Positions 9,942 to 20,037 of a stretch of DNA of 64,000 nucleotides are shown piece by piece. Source of the stretch: an uncultured delta proteobacterium (GTDB taxonomy: Bacteria; Desulfobacterota; Binatia; DP-6); the NCBI GenBank assembly GCA_963815115.1, contig CAWFFN010000008.1, forward strand, positions 736,001 to 800,000, written 5' to 3'. The position numbers and the translations under genes were made by a program. The notes under the pieces are model-generated. The model did not search any database. It was not told where the DNA came from and saw nothing but the letters and a program-made list of their open reading frames with translations. The first letter of the stretch is position 1, and each line of letters begins with the position of its first letter.

Positions 9942-10243
9942 ATGGCAAGCGCTGCAACCAAGGTTGGGCCGAAGTTCCAGGTCACTATCCCGAAGAACGT
10001 TCGAGATGCGGTCGGCCTCAAGGTGGGCGACCTGGTCGAGCCTCCGTGGGACGTGACGGTATCGTCCTTCGCCAGAAAGTTCTCATCGACAAGCCAGTCA
10101 GCCTGACGCGGCAACTCGAGGAGTCAGAAGCGGCAGTGAAGGCGGGGAGGGTCCTCGGACCGTTCAGGTCGGCCGGCGCCGCAATGAAGGCCGTGAGGGC
10201 CCATGCGCGCCGTCCTGACCGAAACCGTTCGCCGCTGATCTGA
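9942..10243 (+). pseudogene. AbrB/MazE antitoxin, copy 1, frameshifted
   Basis: MASAATKVGPKFQVTIPK; 1-nt loss near 10040 relative to copies 2 and 3. Confidence 0.85.
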
Positions 10244-10448
10244 TCGCGAGTCCACCGGAGGTCCAGAAGGTCTTCGGCAAGCAGCTCGCCAACCTCCTCC
10301 GCGACCTGCGCCACCCCTTTCCTGCGAGCGAAGAAGTGCGAGGAGCGCACGGGCCGCTGGTAAGCCCGGATCAACGACGACTGGCGCATGTACTTCACCA
10401 TCGAGAGGGACGCCTATGTGCTGCGAGCGATCACCCCGCACCCCAACT
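10203..10448 (+). pseudogene. RelE-like toxin, copy 1, inactivated
   Basis: Homologous to 34417-34662 with an indel near 10222 and CAA>TAA near 10360. Confidence 0.8.
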
Positions 10449-10511
10449 TGCTCGCTCCCTCGCGCGCTCCGCGACGCTCGTCAAAGCGTCGCGGTCGCGC
10501 TCTCCCCCTTG

Positions 10512-10683
10512 GAATCAGTGGGTCACTGCCCTGCGTACGCATCGGTCAGTCTCCCATCCAGTCACCATGCCCATGCCTGCCCGTGCCTGCCGGTGGCTCA
10601 GCGCTGACGCCTAACCGTCGAATCTTCCAAGAAACGAGCACCCGCCGGAACCTCCCGGCAACCTCCTGCGTCCTTTCGTAATT
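10512..10683 (+). repeat. att-like repeat copy 1 (stops at TTCGTAAT core)
   Basis: Aligns with 34704-34873 and diverges immediately after the anticodon-loop core. Confidence 0.9.
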
Positions 10684-10774
10684 CGTTCCGACCCACTGAT
10701 GGAAAATCAGTGAGTCGGCGCGGTCTTCGTAACGCGAGCGAATCCGCTCACCGCAATGTACACAAGTTGCGGCC

Positions 10775-11065
10775 TTGAGTTTCCATCGCGTAGCATCAGC
10801 TGAAGTGAGGAGAGCGCGCGACAGCCATGATGGCACGGATGCATCGGACCATCCAGCGCACGCTGGCCGTTCACCCGCGCGCCTTCTCCGATGCCGAGAG
10901 GTCTGCGCACGCACGGGACTGTCTCGGACAACACTCTGGCGTCTGGAGTGTCGGGGGCAATTTCCTTCCAGCCGCCAACTCACCACGAACACGGTGGGGT
11001 GGCTGGAGGCCGAGGTTGAAGATTGGATCGCGACCCGTGTGTCCCGCCGTGAGCGCCACAAATGA
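10775..11065 (+). CDS. AlpA-family phage regulator / excisionase-like protein
   Basis: RLLRCREVCARTGLSRTTLWRLE.RGQFP...VGWLEAEVEDWI; start uncertain. Confidence 0.85.
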   Translation: MSFHRVASAEVRRARDSHDGTDASDHPAHAGRSPARLLRCREVCARTGLSRTTLWRLECRGQFPSSRQLTTNTVGWLEAEVEDWIATRVSRRERHK

Positions 11066-11169
11066 GGTGACGGTGATTCGTCCGATATCCTTTGCGGCGT
11101 GGCACCTCCCGTCACGGAGCGAAGCCTTCCGGCGGTGGCCGGTACCAGCGCCTTCACCTTCCCCACTCC

Positions 11170-11500
11170 TCACCCGAACAGACGATGCGGCCCGCGAAAC
11201 ACCTCCTTGCGGTGCCACGTCGCAAACTCCGCGCGGACCGGTGGCACGCCCGCTTGCGGCCCCACAAGGGGCGCACCGCTGACCCGAAGGAAGCGGGCCT
11301 CCCATTCCCCGCCGCCCCGGAAGCCGCGGGACACGAGCACTTTCTGACCGTCGAGATCGCGATCGCTCTGAGGTCGAACGCCTTGTGGTGCAACGAACAG
11401 AGGGAGAGACCGTTCGCGACCACGTCTGGGCCGCCGTGCGAGAACCACTTCACGTGCGCGGCCTCGATGCCGACGCTGATCTTCCCAAGCTGGACGTCGC
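11170..11500 (-). pseudogene. HNH restriction endonuclease, C-terminal fragment
   Basis: DVQLGKISVGIEAAHVKWFSHGGPDVVANGLSLCSLHHKAFD...FATWHRKEVFRG, frameshifted; 5' part replaced by a tRNA-Gly fragment. Confidence 0.8.
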
Positions 11501-11522
11501 CGGTTCGACCCTGGCCGCCGCT
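11482..11522 (+). repeat. tRNA-Gly(CCC) 3'-half fragment, att-like (left)
   Basis: TTCCCAA GCTGG ACGTC GCCGG TTCGACC; 29 bp identical to 32190-32218. Confidence 0.8.
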
Positions 11523-11584
11523 CTCTCGCAAGCTTGGATCCGCCCGGGGGGGTCGATCGCCGTGTGGCCCGGCTCCCGGAGCGG

Positions 11585-12169
11585 TCATGAGTCGCGGGCG
11601 ACACTCTTGAGCCCTTTCGCCACCGTCTCGAGTACCCGTCGTGAAAGCGATTCCTCGCCGACCGCGCGTGCGAGGATCAGCGCGCCCACCATTGCCGAGA
11701 AGAGCTGAATCGCCACGTCGTGGCGTCGTGATGCCGCCTTCGCCGGGACCAGGCCGGCGAGGACCTCGAGACCCTCCTCGAGTCTCTTCGTGAAGACTTC
11801 CCGGGCCTTCCTCGACTGCCGAGGGAGATCGGAGCCGAGGGCTGCGACGGCGCACCCCTTGCCGAGCGCATTTCGATGGCGCGGCGACAGGTAGCCGTCG
11901 ATGATGCTCTCGAGGGCGCGACGCTTGTCGGCTCCGCTGGCGCCCTGCACCCACAACGCGTTCGACTCGTCCAGGACCAGGCGCAAGGCCTCCACGACGA
12001 CGGCCTCCTTCGATCCGAACTGGCTGTAGAAGGCACCGTGCGTGAGGCCGGCGGCCTCCGTGATGGCATCGACGCCGGCGCCGTCAATCCCGTGTTCCCG
12101 GAAAAGCCGCGCTGCCGCGGTGAGGATCCGTTGGCGATTTTCGGCCGCCGCCTGCCTGGATACACGCAC
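11585..12169 (-). CDS. TetR-family transcriptional regulator
   Basis: ILTAAARLFREHG...AGLTHGAFYSQFGSKE. Confidence 0.93.
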   Translation of the reverse strand: MRVSRQAAAENRQRILTAAARLFREHGIDGAGVDAITEAAGLTHGAFYSQFGSKEAVVVEALRLVLDESNALWVQGASGADKRRALESIIDGYLSPRHRNALGKGCAVAALGSDLPRQSRKAREVFTKRLEEGLEVLAGLVPAKAASRRHDVAIQLFSAMVGALILARAVGEESLSRRVLETVAKGLKSVARDS

Positions 12170-12309
12170 GAGATGGTCCTCCGTCGCCCTTGACTCGTTT
12201 GATGGCGCTCGTCATGATTCGGTCGCTGATTGGTGACGGGCGTAATGAAACCCATACTTAGCCATCGGCCGCGAGGATCGCAAGCGCCTCGCGAGCGCCG
12301 GGAGGATCC

Positions 12310-14637
12310 ATGGCGGACTGGAAGCAAACGTTCTGCATCCTCTGCTACGTGAACTGCGGCCTCGAGGTCGCGACGGAGGGGGGCAAGATCACCCGGGTGC
12401 GGGGCGATCGCGCGAACGCGCGCTCGCAAGGATACCTCTGCCAGAAGCCGCAGCGCCTGCAGTGGTACGGCGACCACGCCGACCGCCTGACGATGCCGCT
12501 TCGCCGCCGCCCCGACGGCACGCACGAGGCGATCTCGTGGGAGACGGCGTTCACCGAGATCGCCGCCCGCCTGAACGCGATCCGCGCCGAGCACGGCGGT
12601 GAGGCGTTCGCGTTTTACGGCGGCGGTGGGCAAGGCAACCACCTCGGCGGCACGGGCTTCCTGGCGCTTCAGGGCGCGCTCGGCGCGACCAAGTACTTCA
12701 ACGCGCTCTCGCAGGAGAAGACCGGTGATTTCTGGGTGAACGGGCGGCTCTACGGCAATCAGCTCTGCCACACGGCGGAGGACGTCGAGCACACGGACCT
12801 GCTCGTGGTGCTCGGATGCAATCCCTGGATGTCGAACGGCTTCCAGGGGGCGCGGAACGAAGTGAACGAGATCAAGAAGGCGCCCGGCCGTCGCATGATC
12901 GTCATCGACCCCCGCCGTACGGAGGTCGCAGACGTCGCCGACATCCACTTGCCGCTCCGACCCGGCACGGACGCCTTCCTGCTCGCGGCGATCCTGGCGA
13001 TCATTCTCAAACGGGGTGGCGAAAACGCCGCGTTCCTTTCCCGGCACACCGTCGGCTGGGAGGACGTTCGGGCGGTGCTCGCCCGCACGCCGATCGAGGC
13101 GTGGGTGGCGCACGCCGGAGTCCCGCTCGCCGACGTCGAGCGCGTGGTCGACATGATCCTCGCGGCGCGCTCGATGGTCGTCAGGGTGGAGCTCGGGATC
13201 CAGCAGAGCCGGCATTCGACGCTGAACTCCTACCTCGAAAAGCTCCTCTACCTCGTGACCGGGAACTTCGGCCGGCCGGGGACGAACGGCATCCATACCT
13301 GGCTCCTCCCGCTCTTTCGCGACTCGCAGGGCGAGCGCTCGAGCGTGACGGGCCAGGAGGTCATCGGCGGCCTCCTGCCGACGAACCGGTTCGCCGACGA
13401 GGTCCTGACCGACGACCCGCGGCGCGTGCGCGCACTCTGGGTCGAATCCACAAACCCGGCGAACACGACCTCGGATACCACCCGCTTCGAGGCCGCGGTT
13501 CGCGCGCTCGACCTCTCTGTCGTCGTCGACGTCGCCTACACGGAGACGGCCGAGCTCGCACACTACGTGCTGCCGGCGGCGGCGCAGTACGAGAAGTGGG
13601 AGACGACGCTCTTCAACTTCGAGTGGCCGCGGAACTTCTTCCACCTCCGCGCCCCGCTCTTCGAGCCGCTTTCGGGGACGCTCCCGGAGCCCGAGATCTA
13701 CGCCCGACTGCTGCGGGCCATGGGCGACCTGCCCGATGGCGACGCGCTCGCCGAGCTGCGTGCGCTGGCCGCGGAGGACCGCGGCAAGATGATGCAGCGC
13801 GCGTTCCAGATGTTCGTCGAGAACCCGAAGCTGGTGCCGGTCGCGCCGATGCTCCTCTACCGGACGCTCGGCCCGACGCTGCCGGACGGCGCGGCGGCGG
13901 CGGCGCCGCTCTATGCAGGCTGCCAGCAGACGGCAATGGAGCATACCGTCGCGGTCCAGCGCGCCCTCGAGACGACCGTGCCTCCGCCGCTCCTCGGCGA
14001 CGCGCTCTTCGAGAAGATGCTCGCCAGTCGCTCGGGCTTCGTCTTCACGGCGCACGAGTACGACGAGATCTTCCAGCTCGTGAAGCACCTCGACGGCAAG
14101 ATTCATCTTGCCGTGCCCGAGCTCCTCGACTGGCTCGCACGGCTCGACCCGGCGGCCGACCAGATCGATCCCGCGTATCCGTTCACGCTGGTCGCCGGGC
14201 AGCGACGGATGCACAACGCGAACCAGATCTTCCGCACCCCGGCCTGGCGGAAGAGCGATCCGGACGGAGCGCTCCGCATCCATCCCGACGACATCGCCGC
14301 GGTCGGCGGAACCGACGGCGGTTGGATGGCGGTGTCGACGCGGACCGGGCGCCTCGTGTGCCGGGTCGAGAGCGACCCGTCCATGCGGCGCGGCCTGGTC
14401 GCGCTGCCGCACGGCTACGGCCAATCGTATCCCGACGGACAGGGCGGCCGCATCGTCGACGGCCCGCGCCTGAACTTCATCACCGCCCACGACGACTGCG
14501 ACCCGATCGCGGCGACCCCGTATCACAAGAACGTCGCTGTCCACCTGGCGCCGGTCATCGGTGCGGAGGCCGAAGCGGCGGAGGCGGCATCCGCACGCGT
14601 GCGGGCGGTCGCGGCGGCACACGTGAACGCGGCATGA
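12310..14637 (+). CDS. molybdopterin-dependent oxidoreductase (4Fe-4S, Mo-bisPGD)
   Basis: CILCYVNCG...GYLCQK, IDPRRTE, C-terminal molybdopterin-binding domain; GGAGG RBS. Confidence 0.92.
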   Translation: MADWKQTFCILCYVNCGLEVATEGGKITRVRGDRANARSQGYLCQKPQRLQWYGDHADRLTMPLRRRPDGTHEAISWETAFTEIAARLNAIRAEHGGEAFAFYGGGGQGNHLGGTGFLALQGALGATKYFNALSQEKTGDFWVNGRLYGNQLCHTAEDVEHTDLLVVLGCNPWMSNGFQGARNEVNEIKKAPGRRMIVIDPRRTEVADVADIHLPLRPGTDAFLLAAILAIILKRGGENAAFLSRHTVGWEDVRAVLARTPIEAWVAHAGVPLADVERVVDMILAARSMVVRVELGIQQSRHSTLNSYLEKLLYLVTGNFGRPGTNGIHTWLLPLFRDSQGERSSVTGQEVIGGLLPTNRFADEVLTDDPRRVRALWVESTNPANTTSDTTRFEAAVRALDLSVVVDVAYTETAELAHYVLPAAAQYEKWETTLFNFEWPRNFFHLRAPLFEPLSGTLPEPEIYARLLRAMGDLPDGDALAELRALAAEDRGKMMQRAFQMFVENPKLVPVAPMLLYRTLGPTLPDGAAAAAPLYAGCQQTAMEHTVAVQRALETTVPPPLLGDALFEKMLASRSGFVFTAHEYDEIFQLVKHLDGKIHLAVPELLDWLARLDPAADQIDPAYPFTLVAGQRRMHNANQIFRTPAWRKSDPDGALRIHPDDIAAVGGTDGGWMAVSTRTGRLVCRVESDPSMRRGLVALPHGYGQSYPDGQGGRIVDGPRLNFITAHDDCDPIAATPYHKNVAVHLAPVIGAEAEAAEAASARVRAVAAAHVNAA

Positions 14638-14653
14638 GTCGCGGAGAGATCCG

Positions 14654-15442
14654 ATGACGACCGAACAGCGAACGCCCGAAGTGCGAATGACCGTCGACGG
14701 TCACGTCTGCGTGATCTCGCTGGACAACATCGCGAAGAAGAACGCCATCACCCCGGAGCTGATGGACCAGCTGTCGAAGCATCTGACGACCTTCGAGAAC
14801 GACGACAGCCTGTGGGTCGCGATCATGGATCCGGCGGGCGAGCACACGACCGCCGGCCTGGACATGCCCAAGTTCTTCGGCCCCACCGCCACGGCGAAGC
14901 CCATCCCGAAGGATCAGGTCGACCCGTTCGCCCTCCACAGACGCACGGCCAAGCCGGTGATCTCCGTGGTGCACGGCATCACCTACACGATCGGGATCGA
15001 GATGATGCTGGCGGGCGACATCGTCATCGCGGCCGACACGGCGCGGTTCTGTCAGCTCGAGTCGAAGCGCGGGATCGCGCCGCTCGGCGGTGCGCACTTC
15101 CGCTATCTGACCCGTACGGGCTGGGGCAACGCGATGTACCACCTGTTCCTCTGCGACGAGTTCGATGCCCAGGAGGCTTTGCGGATCGGGTTCGTGCAGG
15201 AGGTCCATCCGTACGGCAAGCACCGTGAGCGCGCGATGGAGATCGCGCGACGGATTTGCCAGTGCGCGCCCCTCGGGCTGCGGGCGACGAAGAAGGCGGC
15301 GCTGACGTACCTCGAGCAGGGAGAGCGGGCGGCGATCGAGGCCATTCCGTCCATCGAAAAGGCCGTCTTCGCCACCGAGGACTTCAAGGAAGGCGTTCAA
15401 TCCTTCATCGAACGGCGCGAAGCGCGCTTCCAGGGGCGGTGA
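14654..15442 (+). CDS. crotonase / enoyl-CoA hydratase family protein
   Basis: TAGLD, KPVISVVHG, EDFKEGVQSFIERR. Confidence 0.92.
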   Translation: MTTEQRTPEVRMTVDGHVCVISLDNIAKKNAITPELMDQLSKHLTTFENDDSLWVAIMDPAGEHTTAGLDMPKFFGPTATAKPIPKDQVDPFALHRRTAKPVISVVHGITYTIGIEMMLAGDIVIAADTARFCQLESKRGIAPLGGAHFRYLTRTGWGNAMYHLFLCDEFDAQEALRIGFVQEVHPYGKHRERAMEIARRICQCAPLGLRATKKAALTYLEQGERAAIEAIPSIEKAVFATEDFKEGVQSFIERREARFQGR

Positions 15443-15446
15443 CTCG

Positions 15447-16304
15447 ATGAAGGCCGAGACAGCGCTCGTCACGGGAGCCTCGTCAGGTATCGGCGAAGCA
15501 ACGGCAGCGCGCCTCACGAAGGCCGGCTACAGGGTCTACGGCACCAGCAGGCGTGGAGCCCAGGCGGGCCAGCGACCATTCCCGATGCTGCCGCTCGACG
15601 TGACCAGCGACGACTCCGTCGACGCCGCCGTCAGGGAAGTGATACGGCTGGACGGACGCATCGACCTGCTCGTGAACAACGCCGGCTTCGGTGTCGCTCC
15701 CGCCGGAGCGGAGGAGAGCTCGATCGAACAGGCCCGGGCGATCTTCGATACGAACTTCTTCGGGATCGTCCGGATGACACGAGCTGTGGTGCCCCACATG
15801 CGACGCCAGGGGGGCGGTCGTATCATCAACATCGGCTCCGTGTTGGGCTTCCTACCGGCGCCGTACATGGCGCTCTACTCCGCGAGCAAGCACGCGATCG
15901 AAGGATATTCGGAATCCCTCGACCACGAGCTCCGCACGAGAGGCATCCGGGTCTCAGTCGTCGAGCCTGCGTACACGAGGACACAGTTCGAGGCGAGCTT
16001 GCTGGAACCCGACTCGAAGCTCGACGAGTACGAGGCGGTTCGTGTGGCCTTGAGTAAGAGAATGAAGGACCTGCTCGCGGAGGCCGATGAGCCCGGCGTC
16101 GTCGCCGCCGTGGTGCTGAAGGTCGCTTGCGCGGCGCGCCCGAAGCTCCGATACACAGCGGGTAGCCTCGCGGGTCGCGTGGGGTTGCTGCGCAGATTTG
16201 CACCCGCTCGCCTGGTGGACGCCGGAATTCGAAGAGACCTGCTGCTCGACACGTTGGCGGCATCGCCGCGCCGCATTCCGGTCGTGGCCACGTCGACCCG
16301 GTAG
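15447..16304 (+). CDS. short-chain dehydrogenase
   Basis: TGASSGIG, NNAG, YSASK. Confidence 0.92.
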   Translation: MKAETALVTGASSGIGEATAARLTKAGYRVYGTSRRGAQAGQRPFPMLPLDVTSDDSVDAAVREVIRLDGRIDLLVNNAGFGVAPAGAEESSIEQARAIFDTNFFGIVRMTRAVVPHMRRQGGGRIINIGSVLGFLPAPYMALYSASKHAIEGYSESLDHELRTRGIRVSVVEPAYTRTQFEASLLEPDSKLDEYEAVRVALSKRMKDLLAEADEPGVVAAVVLKVACAARPKLRYTAGSLAGRVGLLRRFAPARLVDAGIRRDLLLDTLAASPRRIPVVATSTR

Positions 16305-16346
16305 CCAAGTGCGCGGAGGTGCCATGAGCTCGAGGGGAGATCGAAC

Positions 16347-17111
16347 GTGAAACCCGTTTGCCTGGTGATCGGTGCCGGTGCGGGCATCGGCGGAACTGTC
16401 GCCCGACGCTTCGCCCAGGAGGGCTATCACGCATGTCTGTGCCGTCGCAGTGACGCGGACGGATTGAATGGACTGGTGGACGCGATCAAGAGCGACGGAG
16501 GTTCGGCAACGGGCTTTCTCCTCAACGCCGTCGAGCCGAACTCCATCGAAGAGCGAGTTGCCGCCATCGAGGCCGGCATCGGTCCAATCGAAGTGGCGGT
16601 CTACAACCTGGGTGCCCAGATTGGCGACAGGGCGTTGAAGGACACGTCGCCCAAGGCTTTCGAAACAGGCTGGCGGCTGGGGACGTTTGCTCTCTTTCGC
16701 CTTGCGTCGGCCGTGTGCCCTCTGATGGAAGGGCGAGGCAAGGGGACGATCCTCGTGACCTCATCGACAGCGGCGATGCGTGGCAACGGGGGTCAACATT
16801 CGCATGCGGCTGCCATGGGGGGACGGCGAATGCTCTGCCAGTCACTCAATGCGGAGTTTGCGTCGAAGGGAATCCACGTCGTCCATATCGTGATCGACGG
16901 CGCCGTGGATGCGCCCGACACCCTGGGGAAGATGCTGGGACCAGAGAGGTTCCAAGCGCTGCGAGAGACCCGAGGCAAGGAACATGACGGCCTCATGCTT
17001 CCCACGCACATCGCGGAAACCTATGTCCACCTCGCGAAGCAACACCGATCCACGTGGACGCACGAGATCGACCTGCGGGCGTTCTCCGACCGCCCATGGT
17101 GGAATCACTGA
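16347..17111 (+). CDS. SDR family oxidoreductase
   Basis: VIGAGAGIG...HIVIDG...WTHEIDLR. Confidence 0.9.
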   Translation: MKPVCLVIGAGAGIGGTVARRFAQEGYHACLCRRSDADGLNGLVDAIKSDGGSATGFLLNAVEPNSIEERVAAIEAGIGPIEVAVYNLGAQIGDRALKDTSPKAFETGWRLGTFALFRLASAVCPLMEGRGKGTILVTSSTAAMRGNGGQHSHAAAMGGRRMLCQSLNAEFASKGIHVVHIVIDGAVDAPDTLGKMLGPERFQALRETRGKEHDGLMLPTHIAETYVHLAKQHRSTWTHEIDLRAFSDRPWWNH

Positions 17112-17155
17112 GGGAAGCCAGCAACGCATGGAACGCAACCGGAGGTAGACGGAGC

Positions 17156-17935
17156 ATGACTCGATCCGACAAGCGCGACACGCAGCCTTCACGAGACGTT
17201 GCCATCATCGTCGGGGGTGGCCCCGGCATCAGCGCGAGCTGCGCCAGGCTATTCACGGACAGCGGCATGCGAGTCGGCATCGCAGCCAGGGACCCTGACA
17301 AACCGGTCCTGCAGAATCTCGAGAAGACGCACGGCGTGCGCCGCTACGCGTGCGATGCAAGCGAGCCTGCGGCCGTGGAGCTGCTCTTCCAGAGTGTCGT
17401 TCGAGACCTCGGGGCTCCCACCCTCGTCGTCCACAACATCGACGGTCGGATGCTCGGTATCTTTCGGAAGGGGATCACCGAAGCCGACCCGAGCATGGCG
17501 CTCGAGACTCTGAGAAACTCGGCGTTCAGCGCGTTCCTGGTAGGTCAGCAGGCGGCTCGGCTGATGCGCGAGAACGAACCCGATGCCAACGGCGCAAAAG
17601 GAACGATCATCTTCACCAACGCCAGCGCGGCGCTGAAAGGCTTCCCGTTGAGCGGTGCCTTCGCGATGGCGTGTCAGGCCAAGGCAGGACTTGCACAGAG
17701 CATGGCAAGGGAACTGATGCCGGAGGGCATCCACGTCGCGAATGTGCCGATCGATGCCGCGATCGGATGGACGCAGGAAGACGGCACGCGCGCGCACCGA
17801 CTGGCAGGGACGAGCGTCGACGACAACATGGCCGACCCGGACTACATCGCGGAGGCCTACCTGCAGCTGCATCGGCAGCACCGGTCGACGTGGGCGTTCG
17901 AGGTTGTGCTGCGACCGTGGGTCGAGAAATGGTGA
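17156..17935 (+). CDS. SDR family oxidoreductase
   Basis: VGGGPGIS...AQSMARELMPEGIHV...WAFEVVLRPW. Confidence 0.9.
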   Translation: MTRSDKRDTQPSRDVAIIVGGGPGISASCARLFTDSGMRVGIAARDPDKPVLQNLEKTHGVRRYACDASEPAAVELLFQSVVRDLGAPTLVVHNIDGRMLGIFRKGITEADPSMALETLRNSAFSAFLVGQQAARLMRENEPDANGAKGTIIFTNASAALKGFPLSGAFAMACQAKAGLAQSMARELMPEGIHVANVPIDAAIGWTQEDGTRAHRLAGTSVDDNMADPDYIAEAYLQLHRQHRSTWAFEVVLRPWVEKW

Positions 17936-17939
17936 TGGA

Positions 17940-18434
17940 TCAACCGTCGATCTTGTCCGAGGCGTTCTTGTGCCCCGACCATTTCGGCAGGCCGTCATCG
18001 ACGTCGACGACGCGCTGTCCGTAGAAGATGTGGCAGGTCGGCCGAAAAGCTTTGGGAACCTCGCCCTTCGCGCCGAAATCGAAGAGCGTCGGGAACGCGA
18101 GCCACATGCGCCGCCCTTCGTCGGCGATCGGCGTGCCGCAAAGCGCGCAGCTCACTTTGCAAGGAGGCACGCGCCCGGGCCGGTCGAGCCCGCCGGAATA
18201 GAAGCGGAGATGCTCGATCCCGCGAACCATTCGGACATGGCGCTTCGTGAAGATCGCGGCCCACTGCATGGGGGCACCGTGCAATGTCTGGCAGTTCCGG
18301 CAGTGGCAGATCTTGGCATCCACCGGATCGGCGCCGACCTCGTAGCAGACCGCGCCGCAATGGCAGCGTGCGCGGTAGCGCGCGACGAACGTCTCGTCGT
18401 CGACCGTGGCGTAGTCGGGACCGAGATCGCTCAT
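17940..18434 (-). CDS. GFA (Mss4-like Zn) family protein
   Basis: CHCG...CHCRNCQ...CALCG...PTCHIFY. Confidence 0.9.
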   Translation of the reverse strand: MSDLGPDYATVDDETFVARYRARCHCGAVCYEVGADPVDAKICHCRNCQTLHGAPMQWAAIFTKRHVRMVRGIEHLRFYSGGLDRPGRVPPCKVSCALCGTPIADEGRRMWLAFPTLFDFGAKGEVPKAFRPTCHIFYGQRVVDVDDGLPKWSGHKNASDKIDG

Positions 18435-18492
18435 CGCCGTCTTGATTCGTTGGATAGCGGTCGTCCTGCTTACCGCCGAGGAGAATGCGTTC

Positions 18493-18951
18493 ATGCCTGA
18501 GATCACCCTCGACGTCTACAAGGCAATGGTTGGTCAAGAGGTGGGCGTCTCTCGCTGGATCCAGGTGGCGCAGGACCGCATCGACACCTTTGCGGATGTG
18601 ACCGAGGACCACCAGTTCATCCACGTGGATCCGGAGCGTGCCAAGGCGACGCCGTTCGGTGGCACGGTCGCGCACGGCTTCCTGACCATATCTCTGCTTG
18701 CGCCGATGGCCTTCGACGCCCAGCCGACCCTTGCCGGAACGGTGATGGTCGTGAACTACGGCTTCGACCGTCTGCGCCTCATCGCTCCGGTCCGCGCGGG
18801 GAGTCGCATCCGCGGACGCTTCGTGCTCAAGGAAGTGGTGGACCGCGGGCCAAAGGAGATCATGGCCAAGACACAGGTGACCGTAGAGATCGAGGGCGGC
18901 GACAAGCCGGCCCTGGTGGCGGATCTGCTCGGCCTCACCCGTTTCGCCTGA
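18493..18951 (+). CDS. MaoC-family dehydratase
   Basis: FADVTEDHQFIHVD...AHGFLT...NYG. Confidence 0.92.
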   Translation: MPEITLDVYKAMVGQEVGVSRWIQVAQDRIDTFADVTEDHQFIHVDPERAKATPFGGTVAHGFLTISLLAPMAFDAQPTLAGTVMVVNYGFDRLRLIAPVRAGSRIRGRFVLKEVVDRGPKEIMAKTQVTVEIEGGDKPALVADLLGLTRFA

Positions 18952-19019
18952 TCGCTGTCCGTCATGCTTGCTGACAATCGATGACGAGCGTCGTCAAAAG
19001 CGAGATTGGCCGCTGCTGC

Positions 19020-19290
19020 TACAACCCCGCCCCCTCTTCGACGCCTTCTGGAGCGAGGGGCTCGACGTGAATGACCGAGCGGTGTTGGCGAGGCGACTCG
19101 ACGCGGCGGGGCTCGACGCAAGGCGCTGCTCGAAACGGCCGATGCCGCGGAGCACGCCGAGCGGCTCGAGAAGAACATGAGGCTCGCCGGCGATCGCGGC
19201 GTTTTCGGGTCCCCGACCTTCATCGTCGGTGAAGACGTGTTCTTCGGCAACGACCGGCTCGAGTTTCTCGAAGAGCGACTCCGGAGCTGA
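19020..19290 (+). pseudogene. DsbA / HCCA-isomerase C-terminal fragment
   Basis: LFDAFWSEG...(frameshift)...RGVFGSPTFIVGEDVFFGNDRLEFL. Confidence 0.75.
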
Positions 19291-19319
19291 CGCTGGCGGC
19301 GCACGGAAAGGAGCAACCG

Positions 19320-20030
19320 GTGAAAGAGAACCGTCCCGTCGCGTTGATCACCGGCGCAGGCCCAGGCACCGGAGCCGCGATGGCCCGCCGATTCGCCCGC
19401 GGCGGCTACTCGGTTGCGATGCTCGCCCGGAGCCGAGAGAGGCTGGACGCGCTCGAGCGCGAGATCGAGCACTCGCGCGGCTATGCCTGCGACGTGACCG
19501 ACGAAGCGCAGCTCGACGCCACGATCGAGCGAGTGCGCGCGGAGCTTGGCCCGCCGAGGGTCCTGATCCACAACGCCGTGGGCGGCGCCTTCGGCACGTT
19601 CCTCGAGATCGAGCCCGAGGTGCTGAATCGGAATTTCCAGGTCAACACGATGGCGCTTCTCCATCTGGCCCGGCGACTGGCGCCCGCGATGATCGACGCG
19701 GAGGAAGGAGCCATCATCGTCACCGGGAACACGTCGGCGCTGCGAGGGAAGGCGAAGTTCGCCGGCTTTGCGCCGACCAAGGCGGCGCAACGGATCCTCG
19801 CCGAGGCGATCGCTCGCGAGGTCGGGCCGAAAGGCGTGCACGTCGCGTATGTCGTGATCGACGCCGTCATCGACCTCGAATGGACGCGAGCGATGGTTTC
19901 GAAGCTGGCAGGAGACCCTTTCTTCATCCAGCCCTCCGCGATCGCCGAAGAGGTGTGGCACGTGGCCCAGCAGGAGCGGTCCGCGTGGTCGTTCAACGTC
20001 GAGATCCGGCCGTTCGCGGAGCCGTGGTGA
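19320..20030 (+). CDS. SDR family oxidoreductase
   Basis: TGAGPGTG...FAPTKAAQR...VIDAVID. Confidence 0.9.
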   Translation: MKENRPVALITGAGPGTGAAMARRFARGGYSVAMLARSRERLDALEREIEHSRGYACDVTDEAQLDATIERVRAELGPPRVLIHNAVGGAFGTFLEIEPEVLNRNFQVNTMALLHLARRLAPAMIDAEEGAIIVTGNTSALRGKAKFAGFAPTKAAQRILAEAIAREVGPKGVHVAYVVIDAVIDLEWTRAMVSKLAGDPFFIQPSAIAEEVWHVAQQERSAWSFNVEIRPFAEPW

Positions 20031-20037
20031 GGACGTC

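Noticed and set aside
10775-11065. Prophage
   Set aside because: AlpA only; no structural, terminase or replication genes.
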